Shown here one piece after another: positions 24,713 through 37,600 of a stretch of DNA of 64,000 nt (its first letter is position 1; every line of letters begins with the position of its first letter). This DNA is from Fimicolochytrium jonesii (Eukaryota). Both the position numbers and the translations under genes were made by a program. Below the pieces are notes generated by a model. The model was not told where the DNA came from. It saw only the letters and a program-made list of their open reading frames with translations, and did not search any database. The stretch lies in assembly GCF_025526975.1 (NCBI RefSeq), contig NW_026515675.1, forward strand, positions 186,001 to 250,000. The letters are read 5' to 3'.

Positions 24713-25253
24713 TGATTCACAAATGTTGCGTTACGGCTGGAGATTATTGTCTTCGAAAAGCGGTGAGCGGTTGAGACTCTTCCAATATGGATACGTGAAG
24801 CGCAACGGTGCGCTAACTGTCCGTCCGCAATGTTGGCTCACATCCTAAAATTAGCCGGCTCCCACCGCGATTACAAGCTTAACCTTGTGGACTTTCCGCT
24901 GGGTAGCTAGCTACGTGAACTTCGACCGTCGAGCGGGTTGCTGCACCATTCCTCTCAACCTGATGCGGAACCCCCCACTGTCCAACACGAGGTCTTGTCG
25001 AGCGAGCGTGTGGGAAAACGGACGGATGTCGGAAGCGTCAGGGGCGTCGGAATGTTGCGGCCTGCCGTTCAGGACTGTTCAGGATTGTTCAACGTGTCCA
25101 CCAAGTTGGCACCAACCCCTCCAACCCTGACCAACCAACCGATCTTGGAAACTGCACACCTGCATCCTCCGATATTAGACATGCCCCTGAACGTGAACCC
25201 GTAGAATAGACAGGTCCTCCTCGAAACAGGACCCTCAAACCAAGTAACTCACA

Positions 25254-26349
25254 ATGGTATACCTTGCAATCTCGCTACTACTCGCGTTCTGACTTTGCGA
25301 ACCGTGCAACCCTGTCTACAGAAGACCCTCTAACATTTTCGTTTTCGCACTCCTCCAGGCGACGATTAAACTGGGCTCCCTGCTGATAAAGACCCTCTCG
25401 AAGCCTCTTGCAAACTCAATAAAACAGCAGGTACGTAAATGCCGTTTGACAGTTGCATATCTCCGCGTGAGCACTCATTTGGCTGTCCTTCCAGGCTAAG
25501 GTATGCCCGATAACGATGTCCCGACAGTGTGGCGAGACGTTGTAGCGGAATGGAGGATACTCAACCTTGGAACGTCTAGAACCACCCAGCATTCAAGGAT
25601 TTTTGTATAGGAGTAGCACAGGTGAAAACCGATCATATTCCATGTCCGACCGTTGGCTCTGGAATGAACGTGATAGTAACTCTCACGACCAACAGAAAAC
25701 GCATCAATGGGAGCACACTCTCAAGACTCGGTATGATTGGCAATTGCTCAGAACAAAGATCTCAACACGTGTACTCAATGCCATGATCTGATGAAACAGG
25801 TTCTTGGGTTACCCAAAAGAAAGCATCCGGCCGCTGAATGACACCCGAGCCGTAGAAGCAGGGGCAAATTTCATGTCAGAGTCTATAATTTTCTCCGTCG
25901 CCGTCGCAACAATATGTAAGAATTGAGAGCAGGATTGGCATTTTTGCATCTCTCGCTTCTAAATTAGAACAGTGGCAGAAACATACCGCTCCAGCCGAGC
26001 ATCCACAAAACGGCGGCGTGATGTGGACGACAGTATCGAGGAAATGTTAGAAAGGCATGAAGGGTACAACGAACGGATAGGACAGTTGGAGGAGAATGTG
26101 ATGCGGTTGACCAAGGAGGTGGAGACGCTGAAAACGGAAAATCGGGAACTGAGGGCTGGGATTGGATGGTTAGGGAGGGCAGTAGGGGTGAAATGGGAAG
26201 GGGATCGCCAGGATATGATGCGAAAGCTGGCAAAGGTGGGTTTTGTGAGAGCGTGCGAGTTGGACACTGGGGAGCATATCGGTAGGGGTCCTGCTGGGGG
26301 TGGGAACGGGAACGTAACGAACGTTGCCGGCGTGGTTACCCTTCGGTAA
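25254..26349 (+). CDS. OPA3: OPA3-like mitochondrial protein, 7 coding exons
   Basis: Exons 25254-25256 (ATG), 25359-25430, 25495-25500, 25580-25621, 25696-25730, 25800-25915, 25973-26349 give MATIKLGSLLIKTLSKPLANSIKQQAKNHPAFKDFCIGVAQKTHQWEHTLKTRFLGYPKESIRPLNDTRAVEAGANFMSESIIFSVAVATILAETYRSS..., matching the OPA3 family pattern. Confidence 0.9.
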
Positions 26350-26897
26350 CGGTGAAATGAACACGGCTTATTTGATTATTGATGCGACGTGGAGACTTGA
26401 CGGGACGCACTATAGCATGTCGCCTATGTATATATATACGCAAAAATCACGCATGTGCGACTTTCGTCTCATTATTCTGCCGAGAGCGATGCGATGCGAC
26501 TGCCAAACATCAAATAGTACCATAGAACCAGGGGGGTATCAAAACCAGGTCAAAGAAACGGTGTGGGTGAAGTCACCAAAACCCCAGGAGGCGTCTGCAA
26601 GGTTGGTGTGTCCATCTCATTGAACTAAGCGGTTGCCGTTCATTGGGACCATTGGGCCATAAGACCGTTTTTGATTCCGTACGTATCTCATCCTGTCATC
26701 TCCTCTCCTCCGACACGGCGCACTTGACCGTGGGCCATAAGATCGTGCACTGCGTGAGCTTGTTTTCATGCCCGTGAGTGAGAGGCTTCTTCACGCTGCT
26801 TACGCGTGACTTGAACCGACTTCGACAACAAGTTCAGAGAGTTCAGGACATGCAGGTCTGAAAGTGCAGACTACCCTGACGCCCCTGTCCTAGCAAA

Positions 26898-28002
26898 ATG
26901 GCGCAAGACAGATTGATAAGGTGGGCTCTCAGCGTCACCTCTCTGACGCAGGAACAGCAGCAGGTGCGTTTAGCATTCCGCGACGCTATAAGCCGCGTAA
27001 AATGCAGAGGCGTTGACGTGTACGGCACGCAGAATGGCTTCATATTTCTCCCCGTCCCTGAACTCCACTGAGCACCTCGTCCCGGCAGGCCTGTCTAGCT
27101 TTCACCGCCCTGCTCCCGCCAGCGGAACAAACGCGGATACGTAAATTCGTACACACGGTAGATGCCCTCCGAAGCCTCGTCGGGCAGCTGCTGGCTCGGC
27201 TAGCTATCTTGTCTTTCCTTCCGGCAGGAACGAGATGGGCCGAGGTGGAGATACAGAGGAACGATGAGTGGAAGCCATATCTCGTACGTTGGGAAGTACT
27301 TCAGTGGGAAAACTGCAACTACCATCTAAATTGTCGCACAAACCCCAGGTCTCTCCGGCGGTTCCCAACCTCCTCTTTAACGTCTCCCACCAAGGCGACT
27401 GGGTCGTCCTCCTCGCCGGGCACGCACAACTCCTCGGCGTCGACGTCGCCCGCACCGAGATGACAGCCGCCCAAAAGCTTTCCAGCTACTTCAGCTACTT
27501 CCCGCACGTGTTCACCGACCGCGAGTGGGAGTATATCCGGGGGTACCGGAAAACCGACGACGAGGAGGGATGTGCTGAGGAATTACCCACGGGCGCTTTT
27601 CATGTGGATTTGGCGATCTTGCCAGAGTCGCAGGTGCAGCAGTTGCATCGGTTTCATCAGATGTGGGCGTTGAAGGAGAGTTATATCAAGGCGATTGGAC
27701 GCGGGTTGGATGCCAATTTGAGGCATATTGAGTTTAGCGTGCCTGAAGGGCATGTGATTTCGCTGGATCCTGGGCATGTCGAGCGGGAAATCACATTGAG
27801 TGTTGACGGCGAGGAGAAGCCGGAATGTCTCCTCACGTTGTCGTACCTGGACGCATTGCATCCCATTGCGACATGTCATGTACGCGCCGCGACCGCCGGA
27901 CCTGGCCAACCGGCAGCACCGCTAGCTGGGGATGAGGATGGGCAGTGGTTCAAAGAAAGGACGTGGGCGGAGTTGGAGTCGAGCATTAGGAAAGTGCAAT
28001 GA
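26898..28002 (+). CDS. LYS5: Sfp-type 4'-phosphopantetheinyl transferase (Lys5/AASDHPPT-like)
   Basis: DALRSLVGQLLAR, KPYL, FNVSHQGDWV, LGVDVA, WALKESYIKAIGRGL; two introns. Confidence 0.92.
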
Positions 28003-28661
28003 TTTAGTTTCAGAGATGATGCGGCGGTAGCGGAGTGTTCATTCCCATGTAAATATAGATCAGATACTATAGATTAGGCGTTAACGGGTCGGCCGTAGTT
28101 TTTATTTAGCATATTCACTTTCATTCCTCAAAGGCTCAAATATGCATCCGGAAACAGCAAAAGCTGTGTGAATAACATATTACATTCCGGAAAACACAAG
28201 TAAACACGATTCAAAATGGAGACAAAAGACAACAAAAAAAGGAACACAGCTTGCACTCCCATGATTTATACATAGACGTACAGGCGGGACGCAAGTGGGG
28301 ATAGGGGAAAAAGAAGGAGGGAGTGGCAGAGAGAGCGCGGCCAGATCCGCGATCCTCGGAACGCAATGTCAAAGGTGATGGGAAGACGAGCGCGATCACG
28401 CGTATCCAAAATGTAAGTGTGGTAGGTATCCGAGGAAGCGGGGGGAAGAAGAAAGGCAACACCAAAAAGCAGGTTGATGGGAGCCGCGGTGAATGTTTGC
28501 TTGCCAAGACTGCGAGGGTGCCGAACGTACGAAGAATCGTCAGAGGCATCCAGCCCTTGCACCCAGTCGGGGATGGCCACACCGATGAAGAAGCCGGTGG
28601 AATCTGATCCAAAAAAATTACCGTCTCCACCAGCCTGCATACACAAGCCCGAGGACGCGTT

Positions 28662-31600
28662 TTAAGGCATCCGTCGATCAACGCTAGGCGGAACCCCTGT
28701 ATACGGCGAAACAAAGTCTTCCGGGCCCTGTTGCTCCTCCTGCATCGCGGTGCTCGATAGCGTTCGTACCCCGGCCTGTTGTTTCGCGTGTGCCGGCGGG
28801 GTGGCTTGGTCGGGGCTGGACGGCGAAGAGGTCGGCGGCGACTTGATCATGCTCGAGAGTGAAGACAGTGGTTCATTCACTCGGGGTGGCTGCTTCGCGT
28901 CTTTCGCGCCGGATACAGGTACCTTCTCCGAATTGCGCCGGACGACGACAAAGGCCGACGCACGACGTCTTCTCTCGTTCTCGGCCGCGGAGGTTGGTGG
29001 CCCAGAGGTACCTCCGGCCTGGGATCTTTGCCACGGAAGACTGGACGGAAGCGACGATGACGGCGTTGCGGTAGCAGGAGTGGAGGGTGGGCCCGAAAAC
29101 CCAGCCGCCGATGCTGCAGAGGACGACGAGCCTCCGAACATCAAGGGCTCTCCTGACGTGATTGCTTCGGCAGCCCCACCACCGGGAATGTTGTTATTGC
29201 CCATCACATTCGTCGGCTCAGCGTACAGTCTCTGAGCATGCGTCAGATTCTTCTTCCACACGTGTCCGTGGCAGTCCAGGAGCTGACTGTTGTTACCACC
29301 GAGTTCCCGGAACAACTCATCGAAGCTTTTGATCAGCGTCCGCAAACCCAGCAAATATCCATTATCGGGTCCCACAGTGGTTGGTGGGAAGGGTACGGGA
29401 ATCTTCGCGTTCTGCTTGGCATCGCTATCGTTCTCCGAATTGGTATCATCCGAAGACACCGAGTCCACCTCGTTCAGCCCGCGCAGCGACGTGACGTTCG
29501 ACACACAGTTTGCGAAATCGATCATCTTCATGTCCATCTCGCGCGGTGGTGGGGCTACAGGTTCGCCGTTCTCGCCGACGACCGATATCGAGAGCTTGGC
29601 GCCAGTCCCGTCGTCGTCTGCCCACGCGCCGTCGTACAGAATCAGAAGACTACTGGCGTAGAAGCGGAAGGTAGTCATTTTGGAGACGGCCTCGTGCAGA
29701 TTCCGCAGCTTTTGCAGCAGTTGCGGGATGTAACCGATGAGATATTTCTCGCCCGCGTCCAAAAAGGTGAGTAGCGACTGCTTGAAGTTGGCGCCGTTTA
29801 TTTGACGGCCGACGTATTTATCCAGATACGTGAACGTTCCGGTGGGTGGTTTGTAAACCTGGGATGTGAGAAAGATATCAGCATCTGCCATCCTCGATAA
29901 AAAATAACAATGAGCACAAGCATACCTGCATCCCACAAATCCGCACGCCCATCTTCTTGCTCGTGCTCTTCTCACACTTGCGCTCCTGCGAAATCCGCTT
30001 CTCATTGGTAGCATACACGCCATGCTGACGGCTTCCCATCTTCAGATCCAATATGCAAGGATACTGGAACCCTTGCGTCAAATCCTCCAACAGCAGGAAC
30101 TGATCGGTACGTCTCTTCCCCTTTTCGCTCTCGGCCAATTTGGAGATGGTGTTGTTGTAGAGGTGCAACGACCATGGGTTGTAGGCGACGGTCGGTGAGC
30201 TGGCCGTTTTGCCGAGTGCGGCGCCTTTAACCGGGGTACGAGGATCTGTGTCCGACTGGAAATGGTTCGACGAGACGCTGGCGGCAACTGGCGTTGATGG
30301 GGACCGGATGAGGCGAGTAGGCAATTTGAGGTCTTGTAACCGCTTAGGAGTGGACACTGGAGATCTGCTAGAACCACCAGCATCTTCTTCATCGTCAGAC
30401 ATATGGAAGACGGAGGACGCAGCCTCTGCTGATCCGGTAGGGTCTGCCTTCGATGGACGTTTATCCCGTGATTTCCCAAGCTTTGCGGTCGGAGATGGCG
30501 TCGAAGGACCAAGTTCCGCTCCGGCTTCGGCGAGTGGGTCCGACATCGGATGCAGTGTCGGCGATGTTGGGTCGCTCGAACTAAACGAATATCGCCGTTG
30601 CATAGCCCCAAGGGCTGTCCTCAGCTGTGCAAACCGTGCCCGCAAACTTTGCGGTGACAAAGCATCCCTGAAAACCTGCTGCTGCAATTTCCGGTTCAAG
30701 CAATTGCTCAATGGGTCATCGTTGTTGACCTCATCGCTCTCAATCCCGAAGTCGCTCGACAGCATGTGCTTGTTCTCTTCGAGAATGACCAAGGGCGTCC
30801 CCTCCGCTACTCCAAACGCATCTGCATCTTCCCGCGCCGTGCTGTAAGTCACATTCACGATCCCGAGATAGGTTGCCATGAAGCGTTTGATTTCCGGGTG
30901 CATCGTCTCGACTACCTCGTAAAACTCTTTTTCCCGTGAGTTCAAAGGCTTGCAAAGTGCCTTGTCCGAAAATCGCAGGAATGATGCATGTCCGCCGACC
31001 TGATTTCTGTACGGTACGAGTGGTAGAGATGGCGGCGAATTTCGGAATTCTCGCCATTCGGAATCATCCTCCTCCTCCTCACTGTCCCCGAACGAGAGAG
31101 ACCTGGCATGCCGTGATTTACGCCATGGCCCACGAGCAGGTTCAAGGCTCCGGCTCATGTTTGTGTCACTCCGATGGCATGCCAGACTGCCATGGCTGGC
31201 GGATGGAGATACCTGCGAAGCAGAGGCGCCCGAGTTGCGGCGGGAGTAGGAACGACGTTCGCTATCATGGGGAATTGACATAGCAGACGTGCCATCTCTG
31301 GCCTCTCTCACCAAGTCCTCCGCAAATTGAATGTTTTTGTGGGAACTTTTTGGTGAGGTGCCAGATACGTCTTTCTTGGTATGTACGATTGACCCGAAAG
31401 GGTGGCCGGCCGATGGCTTTGCAAATGACAAAGGAATGGGGGATTTTGCGAGTGACGCAGCCAACGCCGATGATGCGGATTCTAGCAAAGGATTCAACTG
31501 CTGGTCGACGCGCTGATCCTGATCCTGTATGTTGACAATCGTCTCAGATTCCGCAGGCCCTCTCTTGCCCATGCGCCCCGCATGAGACGAAGTTGTGTTC

Positions 31601-32160
31601 ATACCCAGCGCATTCGCCTTATCCGTCAGAGACAGAGACGCGGCAAGAACTGTAGACAGTGTGGCAGTGGAGATTGATGCTCGGCGCGAAGATAGATGCC
31701 CTAAAAATTAAGAATGTCAGAATATTCTCCTACAAGGGACATACGGGGGGTGGAAGTGGGACTCACCATCGGTTCGGATCATCTCGACGACGGCAGGTGA
31801 TGTGAGATCGAAAGATTTTGAGAGGGACTCCTCTGCCGCGGTAGAAGACGAACGCCGCTCTTTGCCTGGGATGGAATGTAATACGGAAGGTTTTCGTAGG
31901 CTAATGCCAAGGCCTGCCACACCGTCGAGTTCTGGCGCATGCAACATGTGTGGCTCGATTGATTTGTTTCCGCTGCGGAAATTTGGGGAGGAAACTGGGT
32001 ACGATCGCGGAGGTGTTGTGGCGAGTATATTCTTCTGTGTTGTCGGACGCACTTCATTATCCTCGTCGATATCAATACTTTGCGTCCCAGCCCGACCTGC
32101 AGGCATGAGACGATAACTCTTAGAGCGCCGCGGCCTATCTGTGCTGGCCACGGCAATCAT
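28662..32160 (-). CDS. KCS1: Inositol polyphosphate kinase (Kcs1/IP6K-like) with long low-complexity inserts
   Basis: QVGGH, FLLLEDLTQGFQYPCILDLKMGSRQHG, STSKKMGVRICGMQVY, RFYASSLLILYDG, KMIDFANC, PDNGYLLGL. The start at 32160 is inferred via an intron near 31765-31702. Confidence 0.9.
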
Positions 32161-33552
32161 GCAAGAAGTGGGTTGGAGTGGCACCTCGTAGTCGACCGCA
32201 GTCGCCAGAGAAATTAAGAAGGCTACTGCGTGAGAAAATCGGTTAATATTCGAACGAAAGACACAAAACAAAATGCAGGATGTAACATGCCAACACAGAA
32301 ACAAGCCAACACCTTTGCGCTACAGTTGCCACCAGGTGGACAGCTTGGTTTTGTTTGTGCATCAAAGGGCCGCTGTGTGCCATGGGATTCACCGAATTTA
32401 CCTGTCACAGATTGAAACCGAAAGTGCTATCAGGGATGAACTGAAAACGATGATGTAGCGGATGTACTGTTTGAATTCGTTTTCTATGGGAAGTAGAAGA
32501 GTTTTCCACCAAGGCCCTGTTTATTGTGCGTTCCCACTAAATTTCCACAGATGTTGCAACAATCAGAAGAGGAGTAGATTTCCTCCTGACCAACTCTCAT
32601 ACATAAAGCTACGGGAACTGCGGAGAAGAGCAACGACGTAAGGCGCTGGATACTGAAGGGTCAGGCTTCGTTCCTCCTCAGCGAAGAGAGCCAGATGGTG
32701 TGTTGACGATGAGAGAGTGTCGTGGGAAAAACGTGTGGGGAAGTTGGGGAACGTGGGAAAACGTCTGGCGGCGAGCGGTTTTGAGTGGACCTCGCAAAGA
32801 AGGTTTGGGAAATTGGGATAGGACGGAGTAAATGGACTGGGGCTTTCGTTTACGTATCTGCTTGGGTTGATGATGATGTCTTATGACCCCAATTCCATTT
32901 GTGACGCGATTGCTGCCAATCCCCTCCTCAATCTCTCGCAGAGGCGGCCGCTCACTTCTCATCACCCTCACTACGTTTAACCATTCTTCCCCAGTGATTG
33001 GCCCACAAAAGTGACAGGCCTCAAAGCAGTGACAGCTGGACGCGACAGGTGATTTGTCAGCAACTCCGTCCTCGCCCGTGACAGATGTTTGTTTGCCTAG
33101 CAAGATGACTGGTTGGCACATGTCGATGTGATGATGTATCAGTTGAACTCTCCGCGACCATGCTCCAGAATTCAAGGTGCATGTTCAACGGCTATTTCTC
33201 TCTGGCAAATGCGGTCTCTCCCTTTGGTCTCCTGCTCAAGCGCGTCGGGTATACCCCGCGCGCCTGATGCGAAAGTTTGGCAAGGGAAGGATCAATTGGA
33301 TCGACGACATGCCGTTCTAGTCCCGATTTTTATTACTATCTATGGGGTACCTAAACGGTGCCTTCTTTTGCCTCGCCCTTCCTCTCTGATGCTCGCGGTT
33401 TGGCATCCCCCGTTTCGGACTTCCTGCCCAGTGCAAGACTCCGATCCATTGCTCAGGAAGAGCGTGGCGCGCCGGCTGCGCTGGTCCCAGAGTTTTCAAA
33501 ACCCGGAACTCCGTTTCGAACAGATTTTCTATAAGGAAGATGTGGGAGACGC

Positions 33553-34357
33553 TCAAGCAGGAAACTGGAGAGGAAAGAACGAGGACGTAAGCATACCGCG
33601 TAGGGGTATCGACATAACGATTCGATTGAGCGCTATCAGTACAGCCACGACCGCCATGACGTCGTTCAGCCTCCTTAAGTGTTTGGCCATGTCCAAATCG
33701 TCAGTCCTGCTGAAGACCACCGGTGAACATCTTCTGTGGAAGGTTCCACGAAAACGCGACAAGACCCCCGACAACGTAAACCACAGGTAAACCGATTGCG
33801 AGCCCGAAGAATGTCGGCGAATATATAGTTGAATGCGATGGACCGTCGGCAATATCCTTGAAGAACATATGTGAATGGGATGCCGAAGCAACAGAGCGCA
33901 GTGGTGGATCCGACCCGGACGTGTTTGTCGTTCGCAATGACTTTACTCTCTCGCAGGTGCTGTAAACGGTCGGCTAGTAGGTATTTGCCATCCAAGACTG
34001 TCCGTGCTCTTCGCCTACCAATGTGATAAGGAAGGAGCCCATTCCCAATTGATCCATCCTTTTGGCATCGACATGCACGTTTGCTAAGACAGCGGTAATT
34101 GCGAAGCAATAGACGACATATGCGACCTCCGCTACAAAGACGACGCTCGCGCCATCCTTCTGGATTCGCCGTATCCGTGCGACGGAGGTCAGTAACCTCG
34201 TAAAGACAATGGGAAAACAGGCTCCCACAATGAAAGAAGGACCAGAGAAAGCGGCTGCGACAGCTTCGCCTGTCTGCTGAGCAAAACCACGGGAATTCTC
34301 GGAGTAAAACCTTGCGGCGTCGTCATCGGTGGCATTGACTTGTAATGCTAGCTGCAC
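33553..34357 (-). pseudogene. Possible decayed multi-pass membrane protein
   Basis: Hydrophobic segments lie in different minus frames (SFIVGACFPIVFTRLL, VVFVAEVAYVVYCFAITAVLA, FFGLAIGLPVVYVVGGLVAF, MAVVAVLIALNRIVM). I could not join them cleanly by splicing. Confidence 0.25.
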
Positions 34358-34680
34358 GGCCTTGAACCCGGCGAAGGTATGGCCGAATGTGGAGGAGTGA
34401 ACCCGATTCGTTGACCGTTCTGAACGAGAAAACCCACCGACGGGACTAGCAGAATAAGCTCAACCTTCGCCGACCGAAACCCTCGTGAGGTGCTCCGCCC
34501 GCACATAATATCGGTTTCACAACTTTTAGGGTTGTGGCGCTGACCCAGGATAGCCCAGCGCTGGAAGCCCTTAACGGTGCTGCCATGGTGTTTTGAGAAC
34601 GACTGTTTCCAGGCGGCACCTTTCCGAAAAGGCTCCAGTCCCTACATCTTCCCATAGACAGAAGTAAACTGCTCGTACGC

Positions 34681-37600
34681 ATGCCACTCCGTACCGTCAC
34701 CGGCTACACGGATGAGGCGATTCGGCAAAGCCGTGAGCTGCTGAGTTTCTACAAGAAGCGTCAGGAAATCGAGGCTGGGTATGGCATCGCGCTAGGTTCG
34801 TACGTGAGGCAAACGGGATGGCAGAGATGGCAGTTTCCGCGCGGGAGCCGGAGAACGGGTTCGTTTTCCCACGCGTAGTTCACTCACGTAATTGCTCGCT
34901 GTCATCGTAGCCAACCTATGCAAGACTTACAGGAGAACGTCCATAGACGAGAGTCCCGCGGCAGCGAAAGGGGAAGGTCGCCGAGCAGCAGACGATGGGG
35001 TGCAAATACTGGAGTCGACAGTGTGGGGGGCAGCATTCTGCGCCGCGACGGGTCTGAAGGCGGTGGCGGATGCACATACCCAGACGGCAGCGAAACTGCA
35101 AGCCAATGTCATCGACCCCTTGCAAATGCGGATCCGCGACATGAAGACGATGCGACTGCTCCACCTCGAGCGCTCGCGTATGCTCAACCGTCAGCTCCAG
35201 GAGGTGTATACCGAGTGCAGGAGGGCAAAGCAGGAGTATGATAAGTCGCAGGAGACGGCGAATGAGGCGGTGGACGCGTTCTCGAAGGCTCAACTGAGGG
35301 CGGAGAAGAAGAAGGAGCTGGAACGATTGCAGGCGAAGGCTACTGCTGCTATAGACCGGGTTTCGGTCGCCGCTGATGCGCTTCGGACGCTGGAGGAGAA
35401 GAAAAGGACGGCACAGCAGGAGTATTTTGAGGAGAAGCTTCCGCAATTTTATTCTGTGAGTGGCGGAAGGTCGAGGGATTTCATGGGAACGATGAGTCGA
35501 AGGTTGGGGCTGACGTTACTTTTGGTGGGTCGATAGGAAATCCGCCGATACGAAGAGAAACGGCTGAATATCATTAGCCAAGCACTGAAAGACGTCGCCG
35601 ACCTAGACGATGAAGAAAACGCAGTTCGGCTGACAACGACCTCCGAGACCCTCGAAGTGATCCAAGGTATCGACGTTCAGGAAGACATCGCTGAGTTCGA
35701 CAAACTGCTTGAGTTGGCCGAAAAGGCCTTTGGCGAGGTCTCAGTTCGATCTTTGGTAGGCGCTCTTAAGGGCGGGAGAGTCTCCATCAAACGCGGGGAC
35801 ACAAGTTCGGGATGGAACAATGCTTATCTGGTGCTAATGGCGGAAGACGAGCTTCTGTACTGCTTCGACAGTGAAGACTCCGAACAGCCACGCGAGGTGA
35901 TCACCTTGGGATGGTCCCAGGTTTACTCGGTGGACGATAGCTATTTTGGGCGAGCAAACTGCTTCCAACTCATGTTCGACCAAGACGATGTCTCAACCGG
36001 CAACAACAGCAAGATGGGTACTTTGAACAACTCCAATAGCAAAGGTCCATCGCGCATGACCTACAACTTTATTGCGGAGTCTGCGAACGACAAGCATGAA
36101 TGGATCCATGCATTGCGGAAATTCGGGTATTGTTGCGAAACATGTGCATCGGCAGCCGACGACGGTGATGCGGAAGGTGTTGCCCCAATGCAACAGCGAT
36201 CGCTGCAGTTGTGGGTAATGGAAGCGAAAGAAATGAAAGCACCGTCCACATCAGCACTTGGCCCTGTCGGAAAGTCCATAAACCCATACTGCATCGTTTT
36301 ACTCAACGACGTGAAGCAGGCAAGAACGTCGGTGAAAAGCGATGATTCCCCGTTCTGGGGCGAGGAGTTTAGACTGAGCGACATCTCTCCATGTCGGACA
36401 CGCCTAAGACTGTTGTTCTTTGGCAGCTCCCCAACAAAACTGCAGAAAAACATGGAAGTCGGCTATGTGAGCATCAATCTCTCTCGAATGCCTCCCAATA
36501 AACGAGTCGAAGAATGGTACCACATCCGGCCATTCGGCGGGGACAAGGATGCGGCGAAGGATCGGCCGGCGACGGTAGGCTCCGTACGAATAGCGTACAA
36601 GCTCACGAATGAGCAGAGTTTGCCCATGGGTCTCTATGAGGAGCTGTTGTCTACAGTGACGGAGCCTACCATGACGTGCGTGCAGTTCATCGGGGAGCGG
36701 ATAACGAAGCCGCAGCCGAGGGAAGAGCTTGCGATTACGGTCCTGAACATCCTAGTGGCTTTTAATCGAGATGTGCAGGGGTTGCAGACGCTGACGAGGA
36801 TGGAGATCGCCAAGACTGGTAGGTGTCTGGGAGTTAGCTGTGGATACTACGTGTGCTTACGATACCGTCATTTTTTATCAGCTGATCCTAATATTATGTT
36901 CCGTGGGAATTCGATTACCACCAAGATTTTGGATCAGTATATGAAGATGGTCGGGCAGCCATACTTGCGTGGAACGCTGCAATCGCTAATCAAAGGCGTC
37001 TACGCTGCAAAAGAAAGTTGCGAAGTAGATCCGTCTCGGTTGCCATCGGGCAGGGAATCGGAAACCGTCAAACGAAATTGGAAGCGTTTGCTCAACCACG
37101 TTACAATTTTCTGGGAAGCCATCCACAATTCCGCGATCAAATGTCCCGCTGAACTGGTGGACATATTCCACGACATGATGTACTCTGCCGAAACTCGCTT
37201 TCCGAAAACGAATGTCAAGTATTCTGCCGTAAGCGGGTTCATTTTCCTGCGGTTCTTCTGTCCTGCGATTTTGTCACCGAAGTTGTTTGGCATCACGGCC
37301 GATCATCCACCAGATCCGGCAATTGCTCGCACTCTGACATTGATTGCGAAGATACTGCAGAATCTCGCCAACCTTTCCGAATTTGAAGGCAAGGAACCGC
37401 ACATGGCCCCGTGCAATAGCTGGATTACGACGCGACTGGATGGGATGAAACATTACATCGAGCATATTTCCGGCTTTGTTACCGGCGCCCCGCGTCCGCC
37501 AACATCTAAACCTCGCATCAACTTGCGGCGAGAAGGGGCGTTACTCCACCAGTGCATTAACGATGCTTGGGAAGTTATCCTTCCCGCTATTCGCGCTTTG

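Noticed and set aside
26898..28002. PPTase as a marker of a secondary-metabolite cluster
   Set aside because: No NRPS/PKS or tailoring genes nearby; fits the housekeeping Lys5-type enzyme.
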